Under the pieces are notes generated by a model, which saw only the letters and a list, made by a program, of their open reading frames with translations, did no database searches and was not told the origin of the DNA. From Bdellovibrionales bacterium (GTDB lineage Bacteria; Bdellovibrionota; Bdellovibrionia; Bdellovibrionales; DASUEL01), in NCBI GenBank assembly GCA_050250255.1, contig JBFWOZ010000007.1:1-64000 (forward strand): DNA of 64,000 nucleotides, given 5' to 3'. The stretch's first letter is position 1; each line of letters starts with the position of its first letter. Below are positions 26,701-35,288 of the stretch, one piece after another. Position numbers and translations under genes: made by a program.

Positions 26701-28148
26701 AAATGTTCTCCTGTATTGATACAGACAGTTTTTGTCTCGCTGAAAAACTCAAGACTCAGTTTTCCACCCTCACGTCCCACACCGCTGTCTTTCACACCAC
26801 CAAAGGGAACACGCAAATCTCTCATGAGCCACGTGTTCACCCAAACCGTTCCGGCTTGAATGAGGTGAGCCACTCGATGAGCACGGTTTAAATTTTCCGT
26901 CCAAATCGAAGCGCTCAAGCCGTAATTGAGGTGGTTACAGGATTCGATGACCTCGGACTCAGATTCAAATGCATGAATGGTTACCACAGGACCAAAAATT
27001 TCTTCTTGGGCTGTTCGACACGTGTCGGGAAGATCGGCGATGATTGTAGGGGGATAGAAAAAACCGTTGGCGTTATTTCCAGAGAGTGTGGGTTTCTGTC
27101 CTCCAAGAACAATGCGCCCGCCTTCTTCTTGAGCGAGCGTGACATACTTTTCAATTTTGTCTCGGTGCGCGGAGGAAATCAAAGAACCAAATTGAGTGGT
27201 CATATCGGTTGGATCACCCATTTTCCAAGATTTCACTTCTTCAACCAAGCGTTCGAGAAATTTTTTGTAGATGTTTTTCTCAACGTAAATGCGTGAACCA
27301 CAAAGACAAATTTGTCCCTGATTTAAAAAGCTGGAACGAGCGACGCCCTTAACGGCTTTATCCATATCACATTCAGAAAATACAACTGTCGGATTTTTTC
27401 CGCCCATTTCGAGGCTTGTTTTTTTGAAAGATTCCGAAGTGAGTTGCGACACACGACGACCCGTCACCGTGCCTCCGGTAAAGGAAACCGCTTTGACGAG
27501 AGGGTGTTTTACAAGTGGTTCGCCGATTTTAGGTCCAAGTCCATGAACAACGTTAAAAATTCCCGCAGGTGCTTTGATGTCATGAAAGGCTTGGGCCAAT
27601 CGATTAGCTGTAAGCGGAGTGAGTTCACTAGGTTTAGCTACTACGGTATTTCCCATAGCGAGAGCTGGCGCGAGTTTCCAAGTAAGAAGATAAAGAGGAA
27701 GATTCCATGGAGTGATTAAACTCACCACTCCGAGCGGTTGTCGGATCGAATAACTAAATCCATTGGGAGTATTAAAAAAATCCGTATTGTTTTGTTGAAT
27801 GGCTTGAGAGAAAAAACGAAGGTTACTGATCGCACGCGGAATGTCTAGCTCTCGGCAGAGAGAAAAAGGTTTACCGGTGTCCAGACATTCCAGTTCACAA
27901 AACTCTTGAAAGTTTCTTTCAATTTCAGAGGCCAAGCGTTCGAGAAGATCCGCGCGTTCTTTGAGAGTGGTTTTAGACCAAGTTTCAAATGCATGAGTCG
28001 CGGCTTCAATCGCTTTACTGCCATCGGAAGCTTGGCTCGAAGGAATCTGACAAATCAACTCTCCAGTTGCGGGATTGAGATTGGGCATCGTCTCTCTGGT
28101 CTCAGACCATTTGCCACCGATGTAATTGAGCACATTTGAAATTTTCAT
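26697..28148 (-). CDS. 2-aminomuconic/2-hydroxymuconic semialdehyde dehydrogenase (ALDH8-like)
   Basis: LDIPRA, PWNLPLYLLTWK, LEMGGKN, NQGQICLCGSR, RDLRVPFGG; ATG 28148 overlaps the upstream stop. Confidence 0.9.
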   Translation of the reverse strand: MKISNVLNYIGGKWSETRETMPNLNPATGELICQIPSSQASDGSKAIEAATHAFETWSKTTLKERADLLERLASEIERNFQEFCELECLDTGKPFSLCRELDIPRAISNLRFFSQAIQQNNTDFFNTPNGFSYSIRQPLGVVSLITPWNLPLYLLTWKLAPALAMGNTVVAKPSELTPLTANRLAQAFHDIKAPAGIFNVVHGLGPKIGEPLVKHPLVKAVSFTGGTVTGRRVSQLTSESFKKTSLEMGGKNPTVVFSECDMDKAVKGVARSSFLNQGQICLCGSRIYVEKNIYKKFLERLVEEVKSWKMGDPTDMTTQFGSLISSAHRDKIEKYVTLAQEEGGRIVLGGQKPTLSGNNANGFFYPPTIIADLPDTCRTAQEEIFGPVVTIHAFESESEVIESCNHLNYGLSASIWTENLNRAHRVAHLIQAGTVWVNTWLMRDLRVPFGGVKDSGVGREGGKLSLEFFSETKTVCINTGEHL

Positions 28149-29233
28149 AGAAGACCTCTTTCGTAATCTTGCCAAGAATAATACCAACGATCTTGGTTGG
28201 GATCCCAATTGTCCCAGGTGGGAACAAGTTCTAATTTTGAAAGGAGAGAAGGCGGAACAATTCCAGGAACAAGAAACGCTTTTTGACGTTTCATAGAATA
28301 AGGATTGCGTAAATCAAAACCCAAAACGCCTAAAATTCCACGTGCGATATACCAGGTTGCTTGTGGGTTCCAGCCGTGAGCAATTTTAATAACGATACCT
28401 AACCCTTCAGGATAATCGGGATGGACGACCGAGAGTCCGAGTAAGCCATCGGCTCCCTCTTTCGCAAGTACCTTACCACCGCAGGCTTTTAAAATTGTGG
28501 AATCGAGACGATTGAATCCGCCTACGAGATCGGGGTGGCGAATCATCGCTTCCCAAATCCAGTTTTCATCTCGATGTTTTGCGAGACCTGAGAAAATTTT
28601 TGCAAGCTCAGTCACCGTATTGGAAAAAGTCGGTAGGCCACAACCGTCGCGAGCGACACGAAGAGGTTCCCAGGTTTTTCCGAGAAACTTTCTTGTTTCT
28701 TCAAGGTAGCCCATGAAAAAAGGATGCATCGGAAGCATATAGCCCGTGCGACTCCAGCCTTTGAGTTGGCAACCTGCTAAAATTGCGGCGTGTTCACCGG
28801 AACAGCAGTGATACCAGCGTCTGGGTCTGCGAACTTGTCTTCCAAATTGTACGAGAGGCACATCGAGAGGAGTTTGCATCAATCCCCAGTCGGATTCTTG
28901 AAGGATGGATTGAGCGGCGGCCACGTGTTCGGTATCACCGTTATGACTTGCAACCGAAATTGCTTTTTGTTCCCAATTCAAAACGTTCGCTAATTCTTTT
29001 TCAAAAACTTTTATCATGATCGGCTTCATCATGCTTCGTCCGTAACAGAGAACGTTTCCACCAAAGGAATGCACAACCTTATCACCACTGCACCAAGCGA
29101 TGGCTCCGTGAATGGTGGTTTCGCTCACATCATGTCTACGATAATCAACCAATGGTTCCCACTCCACATCTCGGCCGGTGGGGATACCTTTATGATCTTC
29201 ACCGATGGGACTTTTTGGGTAAAACTCGCTCAT
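28145..29233 (-). CDS. Class 3 (Rhizobium etli-type, asparaginase II family) asparaginase-like hydrolase
   Basis: RSMMKP (SxxK), ASHNG, CCSGEH (canonical NCSGKH), DGCGLP, AKEGADG. Confidence 0.85.
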   Translation of the reverse strand: MSEFYPKSPIGEDHKGIPTGRDVEWEPLVDYRRHDVSETTIHGAIAWCSGDKVVHSFGGNVLCYGRSMMKPIMIKVFEKELANVLNWEQKAISVASHNGDTEHVAAAQSILQESDWGLMQTPLDVPLVQFGRQVRRPRRWYHCCSGEHAAILAGCQLKGWSRTGYMLPMHPFFMGYLEETRKFLGKTWEPLRVARDGCGLPTFSNTVTELAKIFSGLAKHRDENWIWEAMIRHPDLVGGFNRLDSTILKACGGKVLAKEGADGLLGLSVVHPDYPEGLGIVIKIAHGWNPQATWYIARGILGVLGFDLRNPYSMKRQKAFLVPGIVPPSLLSKLELVPTWDNWDPNQDRWYYSWQDYERGLL

Positions 29234-30465
29234 GGACGAAGCCTTTCTTTTACCAATGGGATCACTTTAGTCTTAAAAGCATTCATGTTTTCAACGATGC
29301 GACCACTGTCATGATTAAAAAAGTCAAACCATAACATGAGCCGATCATCAGGATGAAAACGTTCGACAATTTGGGTTGCAACTTCCTCAGCTGTTCCTAT
29401 GAGAGCGTTATCCGCGGCGTTGGAAATTTTCTTAGGATCCAAAGTTCCTTCAATGGCTTTCCAGTACGCCGAGAGGGCTTCCTGAGCTTCTGCGCGCGCT
29501 TTCTGAGATTTTTGTTCTGTTGAAAGATTTGTTTGTTCGTTGAGAAATACAAAAACGGTTCGTGGCATGTATTCGCGTTTCCACGGCCCACCAGCGTGGT
29601 GATAGGACTTTTGCATTCGTGCGTGGGTTTCATCAATCACTTCAGGCTTAGTGATGGAAAGATTAAACACGCGAGTTGGGAAAAACTGGTTTGCATGTTC
29701 TTGAGCCTGAGGATCGTGAGAACCGATGATGGGTTGGCACAAGTCTCGCTGCCAATCCTGAGGAATAATTTTTATTTTTTCAAACTGCCAACGATTAGTG
29801 ACGACGATGTGGTCATTTTTCTTTTGCGAAGCTTCGGCGCTTTTCCAGGCGTTGTCCCAGTCTTCTTTTGTACGGAAATCCGAAGGCTTTAAAGTTGCTG
29901 GTGACACGTCGTTAGAAGCAATGGCTTCACCACGTAAAAGACGCAAAAAGATTTCGGTTGCCTCAAGAAATATTTTTCCTTTTAAGACGGGCCATACTTG
30001 TTCTTCAAAAGAATTACGAGCGAGAACTCCGCTCACACGATTCATAAATTCAAAACGACCGGCCGAAAAACCTAAATGTATTTTTCTTTTCTCTTCTGGG
30101 TTTAAACCATGAAGTGTGCAAAAAGTGGCAAGCTTTTCAGCCGCTGCGATAGGACCACCGTTACAAACGATGTTCATGACGGCAGAGCCTGTTTCGATTT
30201 TTTTTGTCTTATGGAAAACTTGGTGGGAAAGCTGAAAAATATCGGCATTGAGTCCGACTTCCCCTTCCCAATGAGGCACGACCACGTGTTTATGTGTTTT
30301 TTGAGTTTGCGCAGAGAAGTGGGATTCGGCAATCCACGCGGTCTCATAACCGAGTTCATCGGCGGCGATAACTTGTTCAAAAAAGTTTTCGAACATGACC
30401 TGTTCGGTCGGAAGGTAGCCTTGCACCGGCGTTTGGCTGATGGAGAAAAAAATATCAAACTTCAA
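29230..30465 (-). CDS. Luciferase-like (LLM) flavin-dependent monooxygenase
   Basis: MKFDIFFS, AADELGYETAWIAESH, LGFSAG, IGTAEEVATQI; TTG start. Confidence 0.85.
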   Translation of the reverse strand: MKFDIFFSISQTPVQGYLPTEQVMFENFFEQVIAADELGYETAWIAESHFSAQTQKTHKHVVVPHWEGEVGLNADIFQLSHQVFHKTKKIETGSAVMNIVCNGGPIAAAEKLATFCTLHGLNPEEKRKIHLGFSAGRFEFMNRVSGVLARNSFEEQVWPVLKGKIFLEATEIFLRLLRGEAIASNDVSPATLKPSDFRTKEDWDNAWKSAEASQKKNDHIVVTNRWQFEKIKIIPQDWQRDLCQPIIGSHDPQAQEHANQFFPTRVFNLSITKPEVIDETHARMQKSYHHAGGPWKREYMPRTVFVFLNEQTNLSTEQKSQKARAEAQEALSAYWKAIEGTLDPKKISNAADNALIGTAEEVATQIVERFHPDDRLMLWFDFFNHDSGRIVENMNAFKTKVIPLVKERLRP

Positions 30466-30503
30466 ATCGCGTCTCTTGTTACGTTAATTTATTATGTCAG
30501 CTA

Positions 30504-31292
30504 CTAGAGGCTTTTCGTTCTGCCGCCGTCGACCGCTAAACTCACGCCTCTCACATAGGATGCGGCGGGTGAGGCCAAAAAACAAATTGCGTGGGCAATT
30601 TCAGAAGGATCGGCAAAGCGGCCCTCAGGTACAGTTTGGAGCCATTCTTTCTCTATTTGTTCGACGGAGCAACCCCTTTTTTCGGAGGCCATTTTCATCA
30701 AAGCCTGTAGGCGATGGGTGTTGGTGTAGCCCGGCAAAACGTTATTAATTGTGACCGATTTTGGAAGCTCCATGGCGAGTGTTTTAGACCAAGAGGCCAT
30801 AGCCCCTCGTAAAGTGTTGCTGACGCCAAGGTTCGGGAGAGGTTCACGTACCGAAGTAGAAATAACGTTAATGATTCGCCCATAAAATTCTGCCTGCATT
30901 GAGGGAAGGCAAACCTGTACGAGAGTTTGGGCAGAAAAAAGATGGCGCTTTAAGGCAAGAAGATACTCCTCAGAAGAGGCTTTAAGAGCGGGACCGGGAT
31001 TTGGGCCCGCAGAGTTATTCACTAAAATATGGATCGGACCTTTTGTTCCGATGACTTGCTCGACTCGCGTTTTTAATTCTGCGGTATTCTCCATATCGAC
31101 TGCGAGAATCTCTCCAACTTGTCCACCTTGCGTGACGATTTCGTTCTTTAATTCGAAAAGCGCGTCTTCGCTTCTCGCTAGAAGGTGAATCTGTGCGCCA
31201 AGTTTTGCGAGCTCGAGAGCGGTCGCCCGTCCAATTCCTTTGCTGGCACCACAAACTAAAGCAGTTTTATGTTTTAAAGAAAATGGATTCAT
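30504..31292 (-). CDS. Atypical short-chain dehydrogenase/reductase
   Basis: GASKGIG, VNNSAGP, SNTLR in place of YxxxK, NNVLPG, VDGG. Confidence 0.9.
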   Translation of the reverse strand: MNPFSLKHKTALVCGASKGIGRATALELAKLGAQIHLLARSEDALFELKNEIVTQGGQVGEILAVDMENTAELKTRVEQVIGTKGPIHILVNNSAGPNPGPALKASSEEYLLALKRHLFSAQTLVQVCLPSMQAEFYGRIINVISTSVREPLPNLGVSNTLRGAMASWSKTLAMELPKSVTINNVLPGYTNTHRLQALMKMASEKRGCSVEQIEKEWLQTVPEGRFADPSEIAHAICFLASPAASYVRGVSLAVDGGRTKSL

Positions 31293-31307
31293 AAAGACTC
31301 CTTATTT

Positions 31308-32870
31308 TTAGCCTCGTGTCGTTTTAAAATAGCGTGAAACAAATTCGATCCCCCAGCGTACGCCAAAGCCGGTGGTTAATGTATTCACTAGTCCCAGGCC
31401 TCCTTTGTTTTCGCAGGCAGCTAGGTCTACGTGAACCCAGTTTGTTTCTTCACCAATAAAATTTTGCAAAAAAGTAGCGGCGTAAATGTGATCTCCGGGA
31501 CTTTCCATGCGGCACTGAAGAAGATCGGCCACCGTGGATTTGATTCCGTCTTTGTAGTCTTCACCGATAGGGAAAGACCAAGTTCGTTCCCCACTTCGTT
31601 CACCTGCGGCTACTGCTTGTTCTAGGAGAGCAGGAGGTCCGCCAAAAATAGCAGAACGTTTTGTATCGAGAGCGTACACGGCAACGCCCGTGAGAGTCGC
31701 AAAATCAATTACAAGATCAGGATTTATTTTACGTGCGAGCGCCAATGTGTCGGCGAGAGCCATGCGCCCTTCGGCATCGGTATTTTGTACTTCGATGGTG
31801 GTCCCATCCATGGCCGTCACCACCTCATTGGGTTTGTAGGCGGTAGGAGAAATTAAATTTTCCGTGAGCGCGAGGTAGGCGTGTACTTCGTGGGGGAAAT
31901 CTATTTTCAAAAGGGTTTCGAAAATGGCGAGCGCCACTGCGGAACCAGTCATGTCGTTCTTCATGCCGTACATGTGTTTTACTTTGACGTCGTAACCACC
32001 GGTATCAAAACAAAGACCTTTGCCAACAAGTGCGAGTTTTTTAGAATTCTTTTTACCGGGCTTCCAAATGTGAACGATGCCTGTAGACTCTGGAGCGGCT
32101 CGTGCTACTGCAAGAAAAGCTCCGGCTCCCATTTTTTCTAATTTTTTGTGATCATAGAATTCGAATTTATATTTTTGTTCTTTAGCTCGAGCTTCCACCA
32201 ACTCCGAATAGGTTTGCGGGTTGAGCATATTGGGTGGAATTTCCGCTAATGTGCGAACAAAGTTATTCGCTTTTCCAAGCATAAAACTTTGTTCCGCAAT
32301 CTGTGAGATTTCCTTCGGACTTAAAGAACTTTGCACCTGAAGTTCGAAGTGTCTTGTTTTGACCTTCTTGGGTTTTTTGCTTGTTTTTGGGCTCTCCCAA
32401 TGTACGAGTGCCAATAGACAAGAAAAAGCTTCGAGAGCTATTGGTTGCAGATTTTTAGGGAGGTCGCTGAGGACTAATTCGATGGGACCTTCCCAATCCA
32501 ACTTAAGTGGGACTGCAAAGAGTTCGCGAAACCAAGAGTGGAGTTCGAAAACAGTGACATTGGGCTTTAGAAAAAGAAACTGACAAGCTCCGCCTTCGTC
32601 AAAATGAACGGTTGCAGCGCTCTTCACCTTCTCGTCGTTTTCCCAATCTTTCATTTTTTTGGTCAGTTGCTTTTTAGCGCCTTCAGACCACTGATTTTTT
32701 TTAGGGAAACTATCGGTCACTTTTTTGGATTGGCTTAACGGTGCGATCACGCAAGTGAGATTTTGGAAGCGAGAAGTAGGCTTACCTGAGCTCTTTAAAA
32801 CCTTCAGTGAGAGAGTTTGTTCAGAGGCTTTAACCTTGTCTTTGGGGAGGAATTTTGTGAGTGAATTCAT
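31308..32870 (-). CDS. M17 leucyl aminopeptidase
   Basis: VGKGLCFDTGG, MKNDM, NTDAEGR, ATLTG. Confidence 0.93.
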   Translation of the reverse strand: MNSLTKFLPKDKVKASEQTLSLKVLKSSGKPTSRFQNLTCVIAPLSQSKKVTDSFPKKNQWSEGAKKQLTKKMKDWENDEKVKSAATVHFDEGGACQFLFLKPNVTVFELHSWFRELFAVPLKLDWEGPIELVLSDLPKNLQPIALEAFSCLLALVHWESPKTSKKPKKVKTRHFELQVQSSLSPKEISQIAEQSFMLGKANNFVRTLAEIPPNMLNPQTYSELVEARAKEQKYKFEFYDHKKLEKMGAGAFLAVARAAPESTGIVHIWKPGKKNSKKLALVGKGLCFDTGGYDVKVKHMYGMKNDMTGSAVALAIFETLLKIDFPHEVHAYLALTENLISPTAYKPNEVVTAMDGTTIEVQNTDAEGRMALADTLALARKINPDLVIDFATLTGVAVYALDTKRSAIFGGPPALLEQAVAAGERSGERTWSFPIGEDYKDGIKSTVADLLQCRMESPGDHIYAATFLQNFIGEETNWVHVDLAACENKGGLGLVNTLTTGFGVRWGIEFVSRYFKTTRG

Positions 32871-32932
32871 AGGTTTCGTTTAACTCTCAAACTCATTGAA
32901 GTCGAGAGAAATCCTGCCTATGATAGAGGTCC

Positions 32933-34030
32933 ATGGTGATCGCTCATGTATTTGCAAGTACCAGCTGGGGAGGGGCGGAAATCTACTCCCTTGAGCTCGC
33001 AGAAGCTCAAAAAAAAGCGGGTCTCAACATTCTTTTTTGGGCTACGCCAGGCTCCCGTCTGTGGGAAGAAGCAAGGGCAAGGGGTCTAGAGGTTATCGAT
33101 CAACCTTTACCACCGCGCATTGATTTCTTCTCGCTTCGTAAAATCAAAAAAATCCTCGAAATTCATTCCATTTCGCATGTCCATCTGCACTGGTCGGGAG
33201 GGCTTTGGACCTTCGCACTCATTAAAAAATGGTTTTCGTTTCGTCTGATTTACCACGTTCATCTTTGGATGAAGCATAAAAAACGAGATCCTCTCCATTG
33301 GCAGCTCTATAAATCGATTGATCACATTGTTGTCGCTGGTCAACGAGCAAGAGAGGCCGTCTTAAGATGTTTGCCGGTGAAGGGGAATCAAATTTTTGTA
33401 TGTCCTTATGCGCGCCATTTTTCTCACAAGCAAGATCCTACAATTACGCGTTCTGCTTTACAGATTCCTGAGGAGAAATTGGTTTTTGGTATTTTTGCGC
33501 GGCTCGATCGACAAAAAGGAATTTTAGAATTTTTAGAAGCTCTTAAGACAATACAATCTCACAACAACAATAAACTTTTTTTCGCACTCGTTGTGGGAGA
33601 CCCTACGGCGGGAGAGCAAGATGCTGAGAAATATCAAATGGAACTTCAGGGTTTTGCGAGGGCCTATCTACAAGGGCAGATCAAATTTCTTCCACATCAA
33701 AAAGATTATTTAAGCTTTATGAATCTCTGTGATGTGTTGGTGGCACCGAGCTATCATGAATCCTATTCCCTCGTTTTTCTGGATGCTTTTTATCTCGGAA
33801 AACCGGTCATCTCTACAAATGCGGGCGGTACGCCTGATCTCGTCACTCAAAAGCGTGGCTGGCTTGTTCCTCCGCAAAACACGGAGTTTTTAGTTCAGAC
33901 ATTACAAGTCGTTGTGGAGCAACCAGAAATCATTCAGCAAAAGGGTCAAGCGGCTCAAGAGTATGTTGTGGCCGAACACTCTTTCGAAAAAGTGTTGGAA
34001 CAACTTAATTTCCTCTACGCAAAAGAGTGA
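32933..34030 (+). CDS. Glycosyltransferase family 4
   Basis: WGGAE, ARLDRQKG, PSYHESYSLVFLDA, GKPVISTNAGG. Confidence 0.9.
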   Translation: MVIAHVFASTSWGGAEIYSLELAEAQKKAGLNILFWATPGSRLWEEARARGLEVIDQPLPPRIDFFSLRKIKKILEIHSISHVHLHWSGGLWTFALIKKWFSFRLIYHVHLWMKHKKRDPLHWQLYKSIDHIVVAGQRAREAVLRCLPVKGNQIFVCPYARHFSHKQDPTITRSALQIPEEKLVFGIFARLDRQKGILEFLEALKTIQSHNNNKLFFALVVGDPTAGEQDAEKYQMELQGFARAYLQGQIKFLPHQKDYLSFMNLCDVLVAPSYHESYSLVFLDAFYLGKPVISTNAGGTPDLVTQKRGWLVPPQNTEFLVQTLQVVVEQPEIIQQKGQAAQEYVVAEHSFEKVLEQLNFLYAKE

Positions 34031-34788
34031 TGGAGCCAGCCTTTTTCTTGAGCAATGCCCTTGAGTCTTGCTTCGGTCGCGACGTTGACTTCGCCAGGAA
34101 GCGCAGACGCTACGGCGAGAGGTGCGGTGCTTGCGGTTTCGACGAGATGAGCATCATGAGTGGTATTTCCAGAAGCTAAAATGGGTCGCACCCCTTTTGT
34201 TCTTTCAAGGAGCACGGTCGCTTTTCCAGCATCGACAGAGAGTGGGTAGACACCCTGATCGGTAAGCACGCCGCCTTCTTCTGTGACCTCAATACCCAGG
34301 ACATGACCCGCATCAATCCCCATACTTTTCGCAAAAGGTTCAACCGCCCACTTGATCGATGCAGTCACAACAAAGACTTCTACTTTTTTGTCCTGCAAAT
34401 AAGCAATCAACTCTCTTTGGCTTTCGTGTACGGGAAAATGAGTCGTAGTTTCAAAACATTTCTGAGCTTTTTGTCGAACCTCAGTGAGTTTTAAGCCCTT
34501 ATTGATTTGTGCCAGGAGGAGACAGCTTGCAGGCACATCTACTTTTTTTACCGCACAGTAATGGTCCCATGGATCGCCGGTCATTTCTGGTGGTCGATAG
34601 GGAATGCCTTCCTTAATTTGGTATCGAAAAAAAGTTTCTCCGGCATCGAGAGGCCAAAGTGTGCCGTCAGCATCAAAAGCCGCATAATGGGGACCTGGCT
34701 GGCGCAGAGCTTGATCGACTCGCGATTTGATGTTGGACCAGAGTTCTTTGGAGAAGCTTTTGTAGGCATAGGTTTTCTGTGGAATCAT
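34015..34788 (-). CDS. HAD-IB family hydrolase
   Basis: AFDADGTLW, VVTAS, GNTTHD. Confidence 0.85.
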   Translation of the reverse strand: MIPQKTYAYKSFSKELWSNIKSRVDQALRQPGPHYAAFDADGTLWPLDAGETFFRYQIKEGIPYRPPEMTGDPWDHYCAVKKVDVPASCLLLAQINKGLKLTEVRQKAQKCFETTTHFPVHESQRELIAYLQDKKVEVFVVTASIKWAVEPFAKSMGIDAGHVLGIEVTEEGGVLTDQGVYPLSVDAGKATVLLERTKGVRPILASGNTTHDAHLVETASTAPLAVASALPGEVNVATEARLKGIAQEKGWLHHSFA

Positions 34789-34823
34789 ATGGACAATTAT
34801 GTATGATGACCAAAAGGAATTCA

Positions 34824-35279
34824 ATGACGTTTGATGCACGGGTCGTCGACATTTCGGAAACAGATGAAATCTTTGAGTTCGAGCAAAAAAGACTCGAAAC
34901 CAGCGTTGAAGACGAACAACTCAGAATGATTTTATCGTGGCAGGCACCTTGGCGAAAGGAGTCTCTAGAATTTTATTTGCCAAAGGGATGGTGCTTTGCA
35001 GTTCGGCAAAACGAACAATTGGTGGGTTATTTTTTAGCTCAGCCCGTTTTATTTTTCCGCCAGATGACACAAACTTTATGGCTGGAACATGTGACTTTTG
35101 ATTCTAAAGAGGCGGGGGATTATCTTCTTGAGCTTGCGTTTAAAACGGCTCGTGAAAAACACATACAGTCCGTACTCGTTTCTCCACAAGAGGAATTGAT
35201 TCCCCTTCTTCAGGCGCGTGGAGCAAAACCCGTTAGTGATTTGTACTACGAATTTCAATCCACAAAAATTGCAAAGTAG
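34824..35279 (+). CDS. Hypothetical protein, GNAT-like fold
   Basis: AAGGA SD; FAVRQNEQLVGY and G.YLLELAFKTARE resemble GNAT elements. Confidence 0.6.
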   Translation: MTFDARVVDISETDEIFEFEQKRLETSVEDEQLRMILSWQAPWRKESLEFYLPKGWCFAVRQNEQLVGYFLAQPVLFFRQMTQTLWLEHVTFDSKEAGDYLLELAFKTAREKHIQSVLVSPQEELIPLLQARGAKPVSDLYYEFQSTKIAK

Positions 35280-35288
35280 GAATACGGC

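Noticed and set aside
24458..28148. A horizontally acquired nitrobenzene/xenobiotic degradation cassette
   Set aside because: No nitroreductase, mutase, lower meta-pathway genes or mobile element; composition looks native; linkage to KynB points to Trp. Not formally excluded
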